From an uncultured Thermoplasmata archaeon (GTDB taxonomy: Archaea; Thermoplasmatota; Thermoplasmata; UBA10834): DNA of 64,000 nucleotides. Shown one piece after another: positions 30,106 through 39,474 of the stretch. The notes below the pieces were generated by a model, which saw only the letters and a list, made by a program, of their open reading frames with translations, had not been told where the DNA came from and searched no databases. The stretch spans positions 256,001-320,000 of the forward strand of contig CAVRDX010000003.1 in assembly GCA_963719945.1 (NCBI GenBank), written 5' to 3'. Position numbers and translations under genes: made by a program. Positions within the stretch are counted from its first letter, which is position 1. Each line of letters starts with the position of its first letter.

Positions 30106-30843
30106 TTACAGCGAATCGATGATTCCGACGACTTCATCAAGGGACCTGACGAAACCATCTGCGGCTTTCGACGGTTCGGTCTCACGTCCGAGGACATGTA
30201 TCGCATGCATCCCCAATCTCTTCGCTCCAGCGATGTCATGCTCCCCATTGTCTCCTATGTGCACAGTGGCCTTGGGTAGCACCTTGAGCTGTTCGAGGGT
30301 CACTCTGAACGCGGCCTCCGCTGGTTTGCGGACCATGATCTCATTCGAAAAGGTCGTCGCTTCGAAATACTGGAGTATCCTCCAACCCTCCATTAGTTTC
30401 CTGAGGGTTGCGCCAGGAGTCTTCCCAGTATTGGATATGAGTCCGATCCGATACCCCTCTTCATGAACCTTCTGGATAGTCTCTTTTGCTTTTGGCAGAA
30501 GCGCGGGTGGATGCCCCAGTATGCTGTCTGAATATATCCGCAAGATCTCTTCGAACTGATCGGCCGTCAGCTTACTGGGCAATCTGCACTCGACGCAGCT
30601 CAGCAAGAATAGCACATGGTCTCTGACGGGCATGTCCCTTGCCTTTGCCCAAGTCAGTTCGAGGAAAGTTCCCGTCTTCCTGTACGCCTCTTCAATCTCC
30701 TCGATACAGTGCGGTCGCCCAGAATCCTCAAGCGCGTGAGCAATCTCGCCTATCCTTACTTTTGATACTTTGTCCGAGCCGCCAGGAAGTTCTTGGATGA
30801 GCGTATCCCAGAGGTCGAAAGTCACTGCGGTTATCTTCCTCAT
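30106..30843 (-). CDS. HAD-family hydrolase
   Basis: FDLWDTL, ISNT, KP, HIGD..HDI.GA. Confidence 0.92.
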   Translation of the reverse strand: MRKITAVTFDLWDTLIQELPGGSDKVSKVRIGEIAHALEDSGRPHCIEEIEEAYRKTGTFLELTWAKARDMPVRDHVLFLLSCVECRLPSKLTADQFEEILRIYSDSILGHPPALLPKAKETIQKVHEEGYRIGLISNTGKTPGATLRKLMEGWRILQYFEATTFSNEIMVRKPAEAAFRVTLEQLKVLPKATVHIGDNGEHDIAGAKRLGMHAIHVLGRETEPSKAADGFVRSLDEVVGIIDSL

Positions 30844-30990
30844 GGTCAGGACCAGGCAATAGCCACAACCATAATGAATACATCTTCTTCTATCTCGGAT
30901 CTGGTATAGTCGGCAACGAACGGTTCTGCCAAATTTCAGACAGCTCAGGCAATGCTTATATATGACATCGTATTTAGACGGCTACAGAGA

Positions 30991-31211
30991 GGTTTGACGG
31001 CCATAGTGGCGGGGTCACACCTGGTCTCATCCCGAACCCAGAAGTTAAGCCCGCCTACGTTCTCTGTGGTACTGAGGTGCGCGAGCCCTCGGGAAGCCTA
31101 AGGTCCTAGCGGCCTCTCATGCATAGCGGCTAGATGCGCTAGCCCTGTACCTTCGGGTACAGGGTGATCCGCATCGTTTGAACCCGTTATGTGTGTGGAA
31201 CGCTGTCAGCC
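30991..31211 (+). rRNA. rrf: 5S rRNA carrying an about 97-nt structured insertion (about 31098-31195)
   Basis: GGCCATAG..GGGGTCACACC..CATCCCGAACCCAGAAGTTAAG..GTACT..GCGAG..GGGAA core; 3' GAACGCTGTCAGCC closes the 3'-domain helix and helix I only after the insert; TATA (TTATATA) upstream, T-run downstream. Confidence 0.93.
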
Positions 31212-31303
31212 ACTCTCTTTTTACATTTTATTATATTTCGTGCCACTTGTGACCAAGCTTTTATAAGAATACATATGACTTGTCTTACCGGAGCCGGGTA
31301 CCA

Positions 31304-32179
31304 ATGGACCTTTCGGAAGAAGAGAAGCTGGCATATATTGCGATCCTTGTGGTTCTGATGGTATTCGTTCTCTATTTCGAATTGCATGTGATGAAGAAGA
31401 AATCGAAAGGGGTCCGTTCCATCAGCATAAAGAAAGATGAAGCCTACAACGCCATCCACACTTGTCGTTCAGTCATCGGCGTAGTCGAGAGACAAGGGAC
31501 AGACGTCTCCGAATCACGGTCTTTGGTAGAGAAAGCGCGACGCGAGCTGGATCGGGGTGATTATGATACGGCAATCTCATTATGCGAGAGTGCCAGGGAG
31601 GAACTGGCGAAAGCCAGGACGAAGCGGTCATCCCTCCCAGAAATAGATTACCATCAGACTGAGAAGGAACATTTGGAGGAGGTCGCTGAACGGATAGTCA
31701 AGACCCCTGTCAGAAAGCTATCCGAGCGCGAATACACCGGCACAAAGCTAGAGGTTCAGAGTGGCCCCAGCTATTTGGCCGCGAAATTCGAGATAAATAC
31801 TGCACGCGGCGAAATCAAGAACGCCTCCGAAGCTGGAGACGATGTGTCCGCAGCGTCGAAGTTGCTCTCAGAGTCGATTCGAGAATTCGACTCGGGCAAC
31901 TACACCAAAGCCCTCTCACTCTCGGTTAGAGCTAAGAAGTCACTCTCACCCGAAGCGGACACGATTCCGCTCAAGCACGTCGCATCAGATTCCTCGATGA
32001 TCGAGGCGGACCGCGGAAGCGAGCTCTGTTCCTCTTGTGGTTTCGTCCTGTCAACCCAAGACGAATTCTGCGGCAAATGTGGTACACGCCGGGTCAGTGC
32101 GCGGGTGTGTCAGTCCTGTGGAAGGGAAGCAACGATCGATGATAAGTTCTGCAGGAAATGCGGGTTCAGGATCAAGTGA
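31304..32179 (+). CDS. Membrane-anchored helical protein with C-terminal double zinc ribbon
   Basis: N-terminal TM, two helical repeats, CSSCG..FCGKCG..CQSCG..FCRKCG. Confidence 0.8.
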   Translation: MDLSEEEKLAYIAILVVLMVFVLYFELHVMKKKSKGVRSISIKKDEAYNAIHTCRSVIGVVERQGTDVSESRSLVEKARRELDRGDYDTAISLCESAREELAKARTKRSSLPEIDYHQTEKEHLEEVAERIVKTPVRKLSEREYTGTKLEVQSGPSYLAAKFEINTARGEIKNASEAGDDVSAASKLLSESIREFDSGNYTKALSLSVRAKKSLSPEADTIPLKHVASDSSMIEADRGSELCSSCGFVLSTQDEFCGKCGTRRVSARVCQSCGREATIDDKFCRKCGFRIK

Positions 32180-32185
32180 ATCTCT

Positions 32186-32944
32186 TCACTTATGGCCTTT
32201 ATTATTCACTATGACTGCAGCGAGCGCCCCTGCTCCGAAACCATTGTCGATGTTGACCACGCCTATGCCGCTCGAGCAGCTCGATAGCATGCCCAGGAGT
32301 GCGGCCATTCCACCGAATCCCGCTCCATAGCCCACACTCGTCGGAACCGCGATCACCGGCTTGTCCGTGAACCCAGCGACGACACTCGGTAGTGCACCTT
32401 CCATTCCTGCTATCACGATGATGACATCTGCGGACTCGAACTGGTCGAGGTTCGATGTCAATCGGTGGACGCCAGCGACGCCTACATCGAACAATCTCTC
32501 CACATCGCATCCCAACAATTTGCAGGTGACAGCAGCTTCCTCTGCCACTGGGATGTCTGATGTTCCAGCTGTCACTACGAGCACCTTGCCCTTGACGCTC
32601 CTCTGCTCGGTCCCGGCTGTGACGATTCTAGCCTCCGGGTACCATACGACATCATCTCCGAAAACTCCTCGGAGGTTGAGATAGCTCTCCTCTGTCATTC
32701 TGGTGAATACAGCCTCTCCTTTCCTGGCCAGAGTTCGTCTCGCGATCTCCACCAGTTGTTCCTGGGTCTTCCCAGGCGAATATATCGCTTCGGGGATGCC
32801 CTTTCTGAGCTCCCTGTGATGGTCCAGTTTGGCGAAAGTGATGTCTTCGTAGGGCAGCCTTTTCAGTTGCTCGAGCGTCTCAGCGACCGTAAGATCACCT
32901 TCTCTGAGTGATCGGAGGACCTTTTCCAGACTCTCCCTGTTCAT
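32186..32944 (-). CDS. larB: Nickel-pincer cofactor biosynthesis protein LarB
   Basis: DHHRELRKG.PE, AGTSD.PVAEEA, DVGVAG, AGMEGALPS, PTSVGYG, VVNIDNGFGA. Confidence 0.94.
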   Translation of the reverse strand: MNRESLEKVLRSLREGDLTVAETLEQLKRLPYEDITFAKLDHHRELRKGIPEAIYSPGKTQEQLVEIARRTLARKGEAVFTRMTEESYLNLRGVFGDDVVWYPEARIVTAGTEQRSVKGKVLVVTAGTSDIPVAEEAAVTCKLLGCDVERLFDVGVAGVHRLTSNLDQFESADVIIVIAGMEGALPSVVAGFTDKPVIAVPTSVGYGAGFGGMAALLGMLSSCSSGIGVVNIDNGFGAGALAAVIVNNKGHK

Positions 32945-33753
32945 CTGTCCAGCACCTCGTTGAGACTGCCCATCCTGTATCCTTCCATATCGAGCGTGAC
33001 GTACACGAAGCCCAGGGACTTGAACATTGCTGTTACTTCCATGGCCAATTGGATGGAGGAAAGTCTCCCAATATCGTCTTGGTCGACTTCGATCCTGGCT
33101 ACATCTCCATGGCTCCTCACTCGGACCTGTTCGAACCCTTTCTCAATCAGGAACGCCTCGGCCTTTTCGATCCTCGCCAGCTTCTCAGCCGTTATCTCTT
33201 CGCCATAGGGGATCCTCGTTGCCAGGCATGGATTCGCTCGTTTTGCATGAGTCTCCAAGCCGAGTTCCTCAGATATCCTTCTGACCTCCTCCTTACCGAT
33301 GCGGGTCTCGATGAGCGGGCTCTTGATGCCCAGTTCGTCCTTCGCTTTCAATCCCGGTCTGTAATCGTGGATATCGTCCGCGTTTGCGCCATCTATCACT
33401 TGGTTGAGGCCATGCTCCTTGGCAACCTTCGAGATGAGTGCGAAATCAGCAAGCTTGCATTGATAACATCTATCCGGCGGGTTCTGGGTGAATGACGGTT
33501 CGGATAAAGGATCGCGGATCACTATTATGTGCTCTATGCCTATGGTCTTGGCAACTCGCTTAGCTGCTCCGAGCTCACGTCTGGGAAGCAACATGGAGTC
33601 GACGGTGACCGCGACCGCCATCTTCCCGAGCTCATCATGGGCGATCTTCGCTACCAGGGCAGAATCGGTTCCGCCTGAGAAGGCGACTACTGCCGAGCGG
33701 TAGGACCTTACAGTCTCCCTCAGCCTGTCCAATCTATTGGTGCACGAAGGCAT
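32941..33753 (-). CDS. larE: ATP-dependent sulfur transferase LarE
   Basis: AFSGGTDS PP-loop, RCYQCK, DYRPG, CLATRIPYG, GYRMGSLN. Confidence 0.94.
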   Translation of the reverse strand: MPSCTNRLDRLRETVRSYRSAVVAFSGGTDSALVAKIAHDELGKMAVAVTVDSMLLPRRELGAAKRVAKTIGIEHIIVIRDPLSEPSFTQNPPDRCYQCKLADFALISKVAKEHGLNQVIDGANADDIHDYRPGLKAKDELGIKSPLIETRIGKEEVRRISEELGLETHAKRANPCLATRIPYGEEITAEKLARIEKAEAFLIEKGFEQVRVRSHGDVARIEVDQDDIGRLSSIQLAMEVTAMFKSLGFVYVTLDMEGYRMGSLNEVLDR

Positions 33754-34066
33754 CGGATTCTTGTCAACACCTGGCGGTTATTTCAATCTTGGTAGGCATT
33801 GGTTACTTCGGAAGCCAATGCGGTGCTTCCAATGACGTGGTGGGGTCGCTTTTCAAGGTATCCTTCTTCACATGTGTAGCGGCCGATAAGATATCCTTTT
33901 TCAGTGTCTAGGCACCCCTCCAAGGGATGTTCGATTTCGAAATATTGCGATAGACTCGGACATGGGAGCGGGACGACCTTTTTTTAAGCGTTTTGCTCAC
34001 CAGACAGAACATTATATATAGCATCCAGGCGGCTAGTGACTGTGGGCTGGGCTTCGGAGGAAATAG

Positions 34067-34339
34067 ATGGCCGAGGAGAACGTAATATACATTGGAAAGA
34101 AGGCAACGATGAACTACGTCCTCGCTGTCGTGTCTCAGATAAACGGAGGATGCTCCGATGTCTGTATAAAGGCTAGAGGACGCGCAATCAGCAGGGCAGT
34201 GGACGTCGCAGAGATCGTGAGGAACAGGTTCGTCAAGGACCTAGGCTACAAGGATGTCAAGATCGAGACCGAATCCTTGCCTGGTGAACACGGTGGAAGT
34301 GCGAACGTCTCCTCTATCGAGATCTACATGTCCAAGTAG
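34067..34339 (+). CDS. albA: Chromatin protein Alba
   Basis: [31 protein letters not shown]. Confidence 0.96.
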   Translation: MAEENVIYIGKKATMNYVLAVVSQINGGCSDVCIKARGRAISRAVDVAEIVRNRFVKDLGYKDVKIETESLPGEHGGSANVSSIEIYMSK

Positions 34340-34475
34340 GTCACGTTGTTCTAGATGATGGCCCGGGTGGCTCTGGATGGGGCTAGTGTGAACCCTATCT
34401 TACGACGGTTTTATCATCGCCCACTGCAATCGGTTCGATAATGTGCGCCGTGTCATGCGATTGGAGCGTGTCCCA

Positions 34476-35267
34476 ATGATATTGGTGAAGCTCGGTGGCA
34501 GTGTGATAACCGACAAATCTAGACTCCGGACCTTTAGAAGGAGCGCTTGCGACCGCCTCGCGAGGGAGATCAGGTCCGGTGCTTCAGAGGGAGTCATAGT
34601 GGTCCATGGCGCAGGTTCATTCGGTCATATCGTCGCGAAGAAATATGCGTTGCACAAGGGGTTCAAGTACGATTCTCAGGTCGAGCATGTCGCCACCGTC
34701 CAGAGGGACGTGCGTGAGCTGAACCTGAGAGTGTTGGAATCATTGATTGACGCCGGGTTGAATGCGGTGTCGGTACCTCCAGCCTCCTCGTCTACATTCG
34801 AGAACGGCTGCGTCAAAACCTTCTCGGGCAATTCTTACACATCTCTTCTCGACATGGGTCTCGTGCCCGTGACCTTCGGCGATGTGGTTCCCGACATGGC
34901 GATGGGTTTCTCCATATGTTCGGGTGATTTGATGATGGCTGAATTGGCGAAGGCGTTCAAACCACGATTGGCCGTATTCTGTGCAGACGTCGATGGAGTG
35001 TTCGACAAGGACCCCAAGCTGGACAAGAACGCCAAACTGTTGTCAGAGATCGATTCTTCGATCACCATGACTCCATTCAGGGAGAGGTCGGTAAACGCTG
35101 ATGTCACCGGCAGCATGAAGGGGAAGATGGAGAGAATGCTGGCCATCTCCGAGCACTGCGAAAAGTGTATCATAGTGAACGGCAATGTGCGTGGCAGACT
35201 GGAATCGGCCATAATGGGAAAGCAGGTGAAGTCTACCACGGTCGTTCCGCGGCAGGTGTCTGCATGA
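34476..35267 (+). CDS. ipk: Isopentenyl phosphate kinase
   Basis: KLGGSVITDK, HGAGSFGH, SGD, DVTGSM.GK; operon with fni and idsA. Confidence 0.92.
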   Translation: MILVKLGGSVITDKSRLRTFRRSACDRLAREIRSGASEGVIVVHGAGSFGHIVAKKYALHKGFKYDSQVEHVATVQRDVRELNLRVLESLIDAGLNAVSVPPASSSTFENGCVKTFSGNSYTSLLDMGLVPVTFGDVVPDMAMGFSICSGDLMMAELAKAFKPRLAVFCADVDGVFDKDPKLDKNAKLLSEIDSSITMTPFRERSVNADVTGSMKGKMERMLAISEHCEKCIIVNGNVRGRLESAIMGKQVKSTTVVPRQVSA

Positions 35268-36352
35268 ATGGTGAAGGTGCGAAGAAGGACAGGCTGATAG
35301 AGCGCAGGAAGAGCGATCATATCGAGATCTGCGCAAGGGAGGAGCTGATGGCAGCAGGATACTCCTACTGGGATGACGTCCGTCTGATCCACAACGCATT
35401 GCCTGAGATCGACCTCGCTGACATCGATACCTCTACTGTTCTTTTCGGTCGCAAGCTGGAAGCACCCATCATAATATCCGCTATGACTGGCGGCTATGGC
35501 AAGGCTGAGGAGATAAATCGTACTCTTGCGGAAGTGGCAGAGCATTATGGCATAGGTCTGGGCGTGGGAAGCCAGAGAGCCGCACTCGAGAACCCAGAGC
35601 TCGTACAGACATATTCTGTGATCAAAGAGTTCGAAGTACCACTCAGGATCGGGAACCTAGGTGCCCCCCAACTCATCAGACAGGGCCTGAAGGTCCCGTT
35701 GGATGTGGATGATGGTCGGGCCGCCATGGAAATGGTCGATGCTCATATCCTTGCGATTCATCTCAACTACCTACAGGAGGTCGTCCAACCAGAAGGTGAT
35801 ACCCAGTCTCGTGGTTCTCTCAAGGCCATATCCGAGTTCTCGTCATCCCTCCCCGTCCTGGCCAAGGAGACGGGTGCCGGGATTTCCCGCAGTACCGCGC
35901 TCAAGCTGAAGAAGGCTGGGGTGAAAGGGATAGATGTGGGTGGATTCGGCGGAACGAGCTTCTCAGCCGTCGAATACTTCCGCGCGAAATCCGTGGGTGA
36001 CGCTACTCGCATCAGCCTAGGCGAGACCTTCTGGGACTGGGGGATTCCCACCCCGGTGTCGATCCAGCTCTCCACCGTGGGCGTGCCACTGGTCGCTACA
36101 GGGGGTGTGAGGACGGGCCTCGATGTTGCACGAGCGATCGCAATCGGCTCATGTGCTGCAGGACTGGCTGGCCGCCTGCTCCCTGCTGCGCTCGAAGGCA
36201 AGGATTCGTTGATGGTCGAGATGGGTATGATAATACAGGAACTCAAGACCGCGATGTTCCTGGTGGGAGCGAAGAATATCGAGGAGCTGGGCGCGACACA
36301 TGCGCTGCTCACCGGCAGATCCCGAGAATGGCTGAACGAGGTCACGGAGTGA
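35264..36352 (+). CDS. fni: Type 2 isopentenyl-diphosphate delta-isomerase
   Basis: RK.DHI, AMTGG, GSQR, HLN.LQE..QPEGD, KETG.G, GGTS, WGIPT. Confidence 0.96.
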   Translation: MNGEGAKKDRLIERRKSDHIEICAREELMAAGYSYWDDVRLIHNALPEIDLADIDTSTVLFGRKLEAPIIISAMTGGYGKAEEINRTLAEVAEHYGIGLGVGSQRAALENPELVQTYSVIKEFEVPLRIGNLGAPQLIRQGLKVPLDVDDGRAAMEMVDAHILAIHLNYLQEVVQPEGDTQSRGSLKAISEFSSSLPVLAKETGAGISRSTALKLKKAGVKGIDVGGFGGTSFSAVEYFRAKSVGDATRISLGETFWDWGIPTPVSIQLSTVGVPLVATGGVRTGLDVARAIAIGSCAAGLAGRLLPAALEGKDSLMVEMGMIIQELKTAMFLVGAKNIEELGATHALLTGRSREWLNEVTE

Positions 36353-36358
36353 TTTGCG

Positions 36359-37342
36359 ATGATTTTCCCGGACGATTACAAGGACCGTGTAAAGAGGATC
36401 AATGAGCGATTGATGGATTCGCTGAACATCATGGAAGACCAGAGGCTGAAGGCAGCGATGGCTCACTATCCCTCGGCTGGCGGGAAGCGGCTGCGTCCTC
36501 TGTTGGCGACCATGGTTTCCGAGGCGGTCGGTGGAAAGGCGGATGCCGCGATACCATTCGGAGTCGCTCTGGAGATGGTGCACAATTTCACTTTGGTCCA
36601 TGACGATGTCATGGACGAGGACGATACCCGAAGAGGGATCAAGACGGTCCATTCCGCGTTCGGCATCCCTGAGGCGATTCTGGCCGGGGATGCGATGTTT
36701 GCTCGGGCGTTCGAGATTGCGATAGAGTCCGATATCGAGGATGCCCGCGCTATCATGCTTGTCGAGATACTTGCCAGAGCCGTGAGATTGCTGGCCGAAG
36801 GCCAGCAGATGGACATGGACTTCGAGGACCGGGATTCGGTTTCCTCGGACGAGTATCTGAAGATGATAGAGAGGAAGACGGCTGTCCTATATTCTGCTGC
36901 AGCTCAGGGTGGAGCGATCGCCGGTGGCGGGACCGAGGCTCATCAGGAGGCCCTGTTCGAGTACGGTAGATTGATCGGCCTCGGATTCCAGATCATGGAT
37001 GATGTGCTCGACTTGACATCCACCCAGGAAGCATTCGGCAAGCCAGTGCTGAACGATATCAGAAATGGCAAGAAGACCCTGATCGCAGTTCATGCGCTGG
37101 AGAACCTGAAAGGTTCCCAGAGGGATGAGTTCCTTGCGGTCCTTGGCAAGAAGGACGCTACCGAATCTGAGCTCGTACGGGGCAAGGAAATACTGGAAGG
37201 GATCGGGGCGATAGACCACGCCAGCAGGATCGCGAACGAGTTCGTTGCGAAGGCGAAGGACCAGTTGAGCGTGCTCAAGGATTCCGACCACAAGAATGCG
37301 CTGAAGGCGTTCGCGGATTTCATGGTCCTGAGGAAGACCTAG
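36359..37342 (+). CDS. idsA: Geranylgeranyl diphosphate synthase (polyprenyl synthetase)
   Basis: GGKRLRP, HDDVMD..RRG, GQ..D, KT, FQIMDD. Confidence 0.93.
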   Translation: MIFPDDYKDRVKRINERLMDSLNIMEDQRLKAAMAHYPSAGGKRLRPLLATMVSEAVGGKADAAIPFGVALEMVHNFTLVHDDVMDEDDTRRGIKTVHSAFGIPEAILAGDAMFARAFEIAIESDIEDARAIMLVEILARAVRLLAEGQQMDMDFEDRDSVSSDEYLKMIERKTAVLYSAAAQGGAIAGGGTEAHQEALFEYGRLIGLGFQIMDDVLDLTSTQEAFGKPVLNDIRNGKKTLIAVHALENLKGSQRDEFLAVLGKKDATESELVRGKEILEGIGAIDHASRIANEFVAKAKDQLSVLKDSDHKNALKAFADFMVLRKT

Positions 37343-38004
37343 GCGACCCCGTTCTTTGTGAGCTTGAAATCCGCTCTGCGGCCTTCTTCCAGATGGCGGT
37401 GCTTGATGATCACTGCCCGTCTGTTGCTCGAGCCGATCTTGTCGAGTCTGATTATCGCTTTGGCGTTATGGAGCAGAACATGCCCACCCAACGGCTCGAA
37501 GGTCCCCTTCTCTATATCAGTATACACTTGGGATGTCAGGAGTATGGGCATGCCCTTGATTCTTGCCACTGACAGTAGCTTCGCCAGTTGAGGACTGAGC
37601 GACTTCCTCGTGCCCTTCTCCTCATCGTTCCTGGTGAGCCTATAATGTATGGTGGCCGAATCCAGTATGATGACTCCGACGTCCAGTGAGCTATCGGCCA
37701 GTTTGACAGCTTTGTCAACAAGCCTCTCCTGTTCTTCGAAGGAGTGCGGTTCGAAGAACAACATGTTCTTCATCACCTCATCGAACTTGTCATCGGCTAT
37801 CTGCTTGAGCCGTTCGATCGAGACGCCCTCCGTGTCTATGAATATGACCTTCTTCCCCTGCAAGGCGACATTCCTCGCGACTTGGAGGCATATGTTTGTC
37901 TTGCCTGTGCCTGCTTCGCCGAAGAGCAGCGTTATCGCGGCTCCTTCCAGACCCCCTTCCAGGAGTCCGTCCAATCCAATGGACCCGATGGCCAAGTGTG
38001 ACAC
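37339..38004 (-). CDS. radB: DNA repair protein RadB
   Basis: GEAGTGKT, IDTEG, KHR motif, no N-terminal HhH domain. Confidence 0.94.
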   Translation of the reverse strand: MSHLAIGSIGLDGLLEGGLEGAAITLLFGEAGTGKTNICLQVARNVALQGKKVIFIDTEGVSIERLKQIADDKFDEVMKNMLFFEPHSFEEQERLVDKAVKLADSSLDVGVIILDSATIHYRLTRNDEEKGTRKSLSPQLAKLLSVARIKGMPILLTSQVYTDIEKGTFEPLGGHVLLHNAKAIIRLDKIGSSNRRAVIIKHRHLEEGRRADFKLTKNGVA

Positions 38005-38101
38005 GCTCCACCATCGGGCTGGTCAGTGATAATGGTTACGCGTGCAATTGACCCCATTGCAGATAGCTCTCGTCGACTCTCAGACAGTCTTATAATGACG
38101 G

Positions 38102-38743
38102 ATGGCTTTGCAAGTGGTTGTGTCAGTTCACAGGGTTGGTGCAGAAGCACGCCTAGACTCCGATACTTGGATGGATCGCGAGGTCGTCGTCAAGCAGAGA
38201 GTGGTAAAGGGCTATAGACACCCCGTGATTGACAAGAACCTCCAGGCCGCACGGATCAAGAACGAGGCACGTCTCATGCTCGAGGCCAGGAAAGGCGGCA
38301 TCGCAGTCCCAATCATATACTCGATAGACCTGGCTGGCAATAGGATAATCATGGAGGAGATCAAAGGCGTCAGGGTCAAGGACGCCCTTCAGGATTTGCC
38401 ATATCCCCGTGCTCGTGAGATATGCGAGAAGATCGGCGAGATATCGGCCTTGCTTCATGCACATGATATCGTACACGGTGATCTGACGACCAGCAACATG
38501 CTTCTCGAAGGGGATAGGATAGTCGTGATCGATTTCTCACTTGGTTCCAAGACCTCGGAGATAGAGGATAAAGGGGTGGACATGCACCTCCTCGAGGAAG
38601 CGTTCCATTCAGCACATCACTCTCGGGCCGAGCTATTCGATGTGGTCAAGGAGTCTTATATCCACCATTATAAGCGGGGGGACGAAGTCCTCAAAAAGGT
38701 GAAGGAGATAGAGAGGCGGGGGCGGTACACACGAAAAGAATAG
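38102..38743 (+). CDS. bud32: KEOPS kinase Bud32 (stand-alone)
   Basis: GAEA, K.YRHP, HGDLTTSN, IDF.L, EDKGVD, C-terminal RGRY; start may be a few codons later. Confidence 0.94.
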   Translation: MALQVVVSVHRVGAEARLDSDTWMDREVVVKQRVVKGYRHPVIDKNLQAARIKNEARLMLEARKGGIAVPIIYSIDLAGNRIIMEEIKGVRVKDALQDLPYPRAREICEKIGEISALLHAHDIVHGDLTTSNMLLEGDRIVVIDFSLGSKTSEIEDKGVDMHLLEEAFHSAHHSRAELFDVVKESYIHHYKRGDEVLKKVKEIERRGRYTRKE

Positions 38744-39300
38744 CGTTCGCAACCAGCAACAACGGCAAATTCAGAGAGATATCCGCTCAGATGGCGTTGC
38801 ACGGCTACGAGCTGGACCATCTCAAGACCCCGTATCCCGAGATCCAGGCAGAATCACTCGAGATAACCATAATCCCTGGGTTACAGTGGCTGATATCCAA
38901 GTTTGACCGACCCGTGATGATAGATGATTCCGGCCTGTTCGTGGATGCCCTCCGAGGCTTCCCCGGAGTGTATTCATCCTATGTCTTCAAGACCGTCGGC
39001 TGCAAAGGAATCTTGGACCTCATGAAAGACATGAGCGACAGGACTGCGAGGTTCGAGTGCTGTATCGGATACATGGAGCCTGGCGGAGAGCCGTTGATAA
39101 CCAAAGGAATCGCGACCGGGTCGATATCCGAGAAGATGGTTGGTACCGGTGGTTTCGGATATGACCCCATATTCATCCATGAAGGCGACACCAGGACATA
39201 CGCGGAGATAGACATCGCGGAGAAGAACACCATGTCCCATAGAGGCAGGGCTATGGTCAAGTTCCTAGAGGAGTTGCCGAAACTAATAGGCGACCCATGA
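38731..39300 (+). CDS. rdgB: Non-canonical purine NTP pyrophosphatase RdgB/HAM1 (probable ACG start)
   Basis: IAFATSNNGKFREI lies upstream of the first ATG (38791); EIQ, DDSGL, GFPG.YS, GFGYDPIF, SHRGRA. Confidence 0.92.
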   Translation, partial: TKRIAFATSNNGKFREISAQMALHGYELDHLKTPYPEIQAESLEITIIPGLQWLISKFDRPVMIDDSGLFVDALRGFPGVYSSYVFKTVGCKGILDLMKDMSDRTARFECCIGYMEPGGEPLITKGIATGSISEKMVGTGGFGYDPIFIHEGDTRTYAEIDIAEKNTMSHRGRAMVKFLEELPKLIGDP

Positions 39301-39354
39301 GAATCCTTTTATCCAGGTCTGCTATAATCGGGTAACGGCCATGCCGCCACGCAC

Positions 39355-39431
39355 GGGGTAGTGGTTTAGCTTGGTATGATTCGTGCTTTGGGAGCATGAG
39401 GTCGTCGGTTCAAATCCGACCTACCCCACCA
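39355..39431 (+). tRNA. tRNA-Pro (TGG), CCA encoded
   Basis: GGGGTAG/CTACCCC acceptor, loop TT-TGG-GA, GGTTCAAATCC T arm. Confidence 0.96.
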
Positions 39432-39474
39432 ATTTCCCAACCTATTCCCGGATTCTACTAGCTGCGATTGCGTC

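Noticed and set aside
33822-33922. Cloverleaf followed by CCTCCA read as a tRNA gene
   Set aside because: No TTCRA T-loop, no D-loop GG and no 7-nt anticodon loop; kept only as an unassigned structure
38741-38743. Pyrrolysine readthrough of the bud32 TAG
   Set aside because: The TAG follows the normal conserved C-terminus and rdgB is in a different frame; no pyl genes in the window
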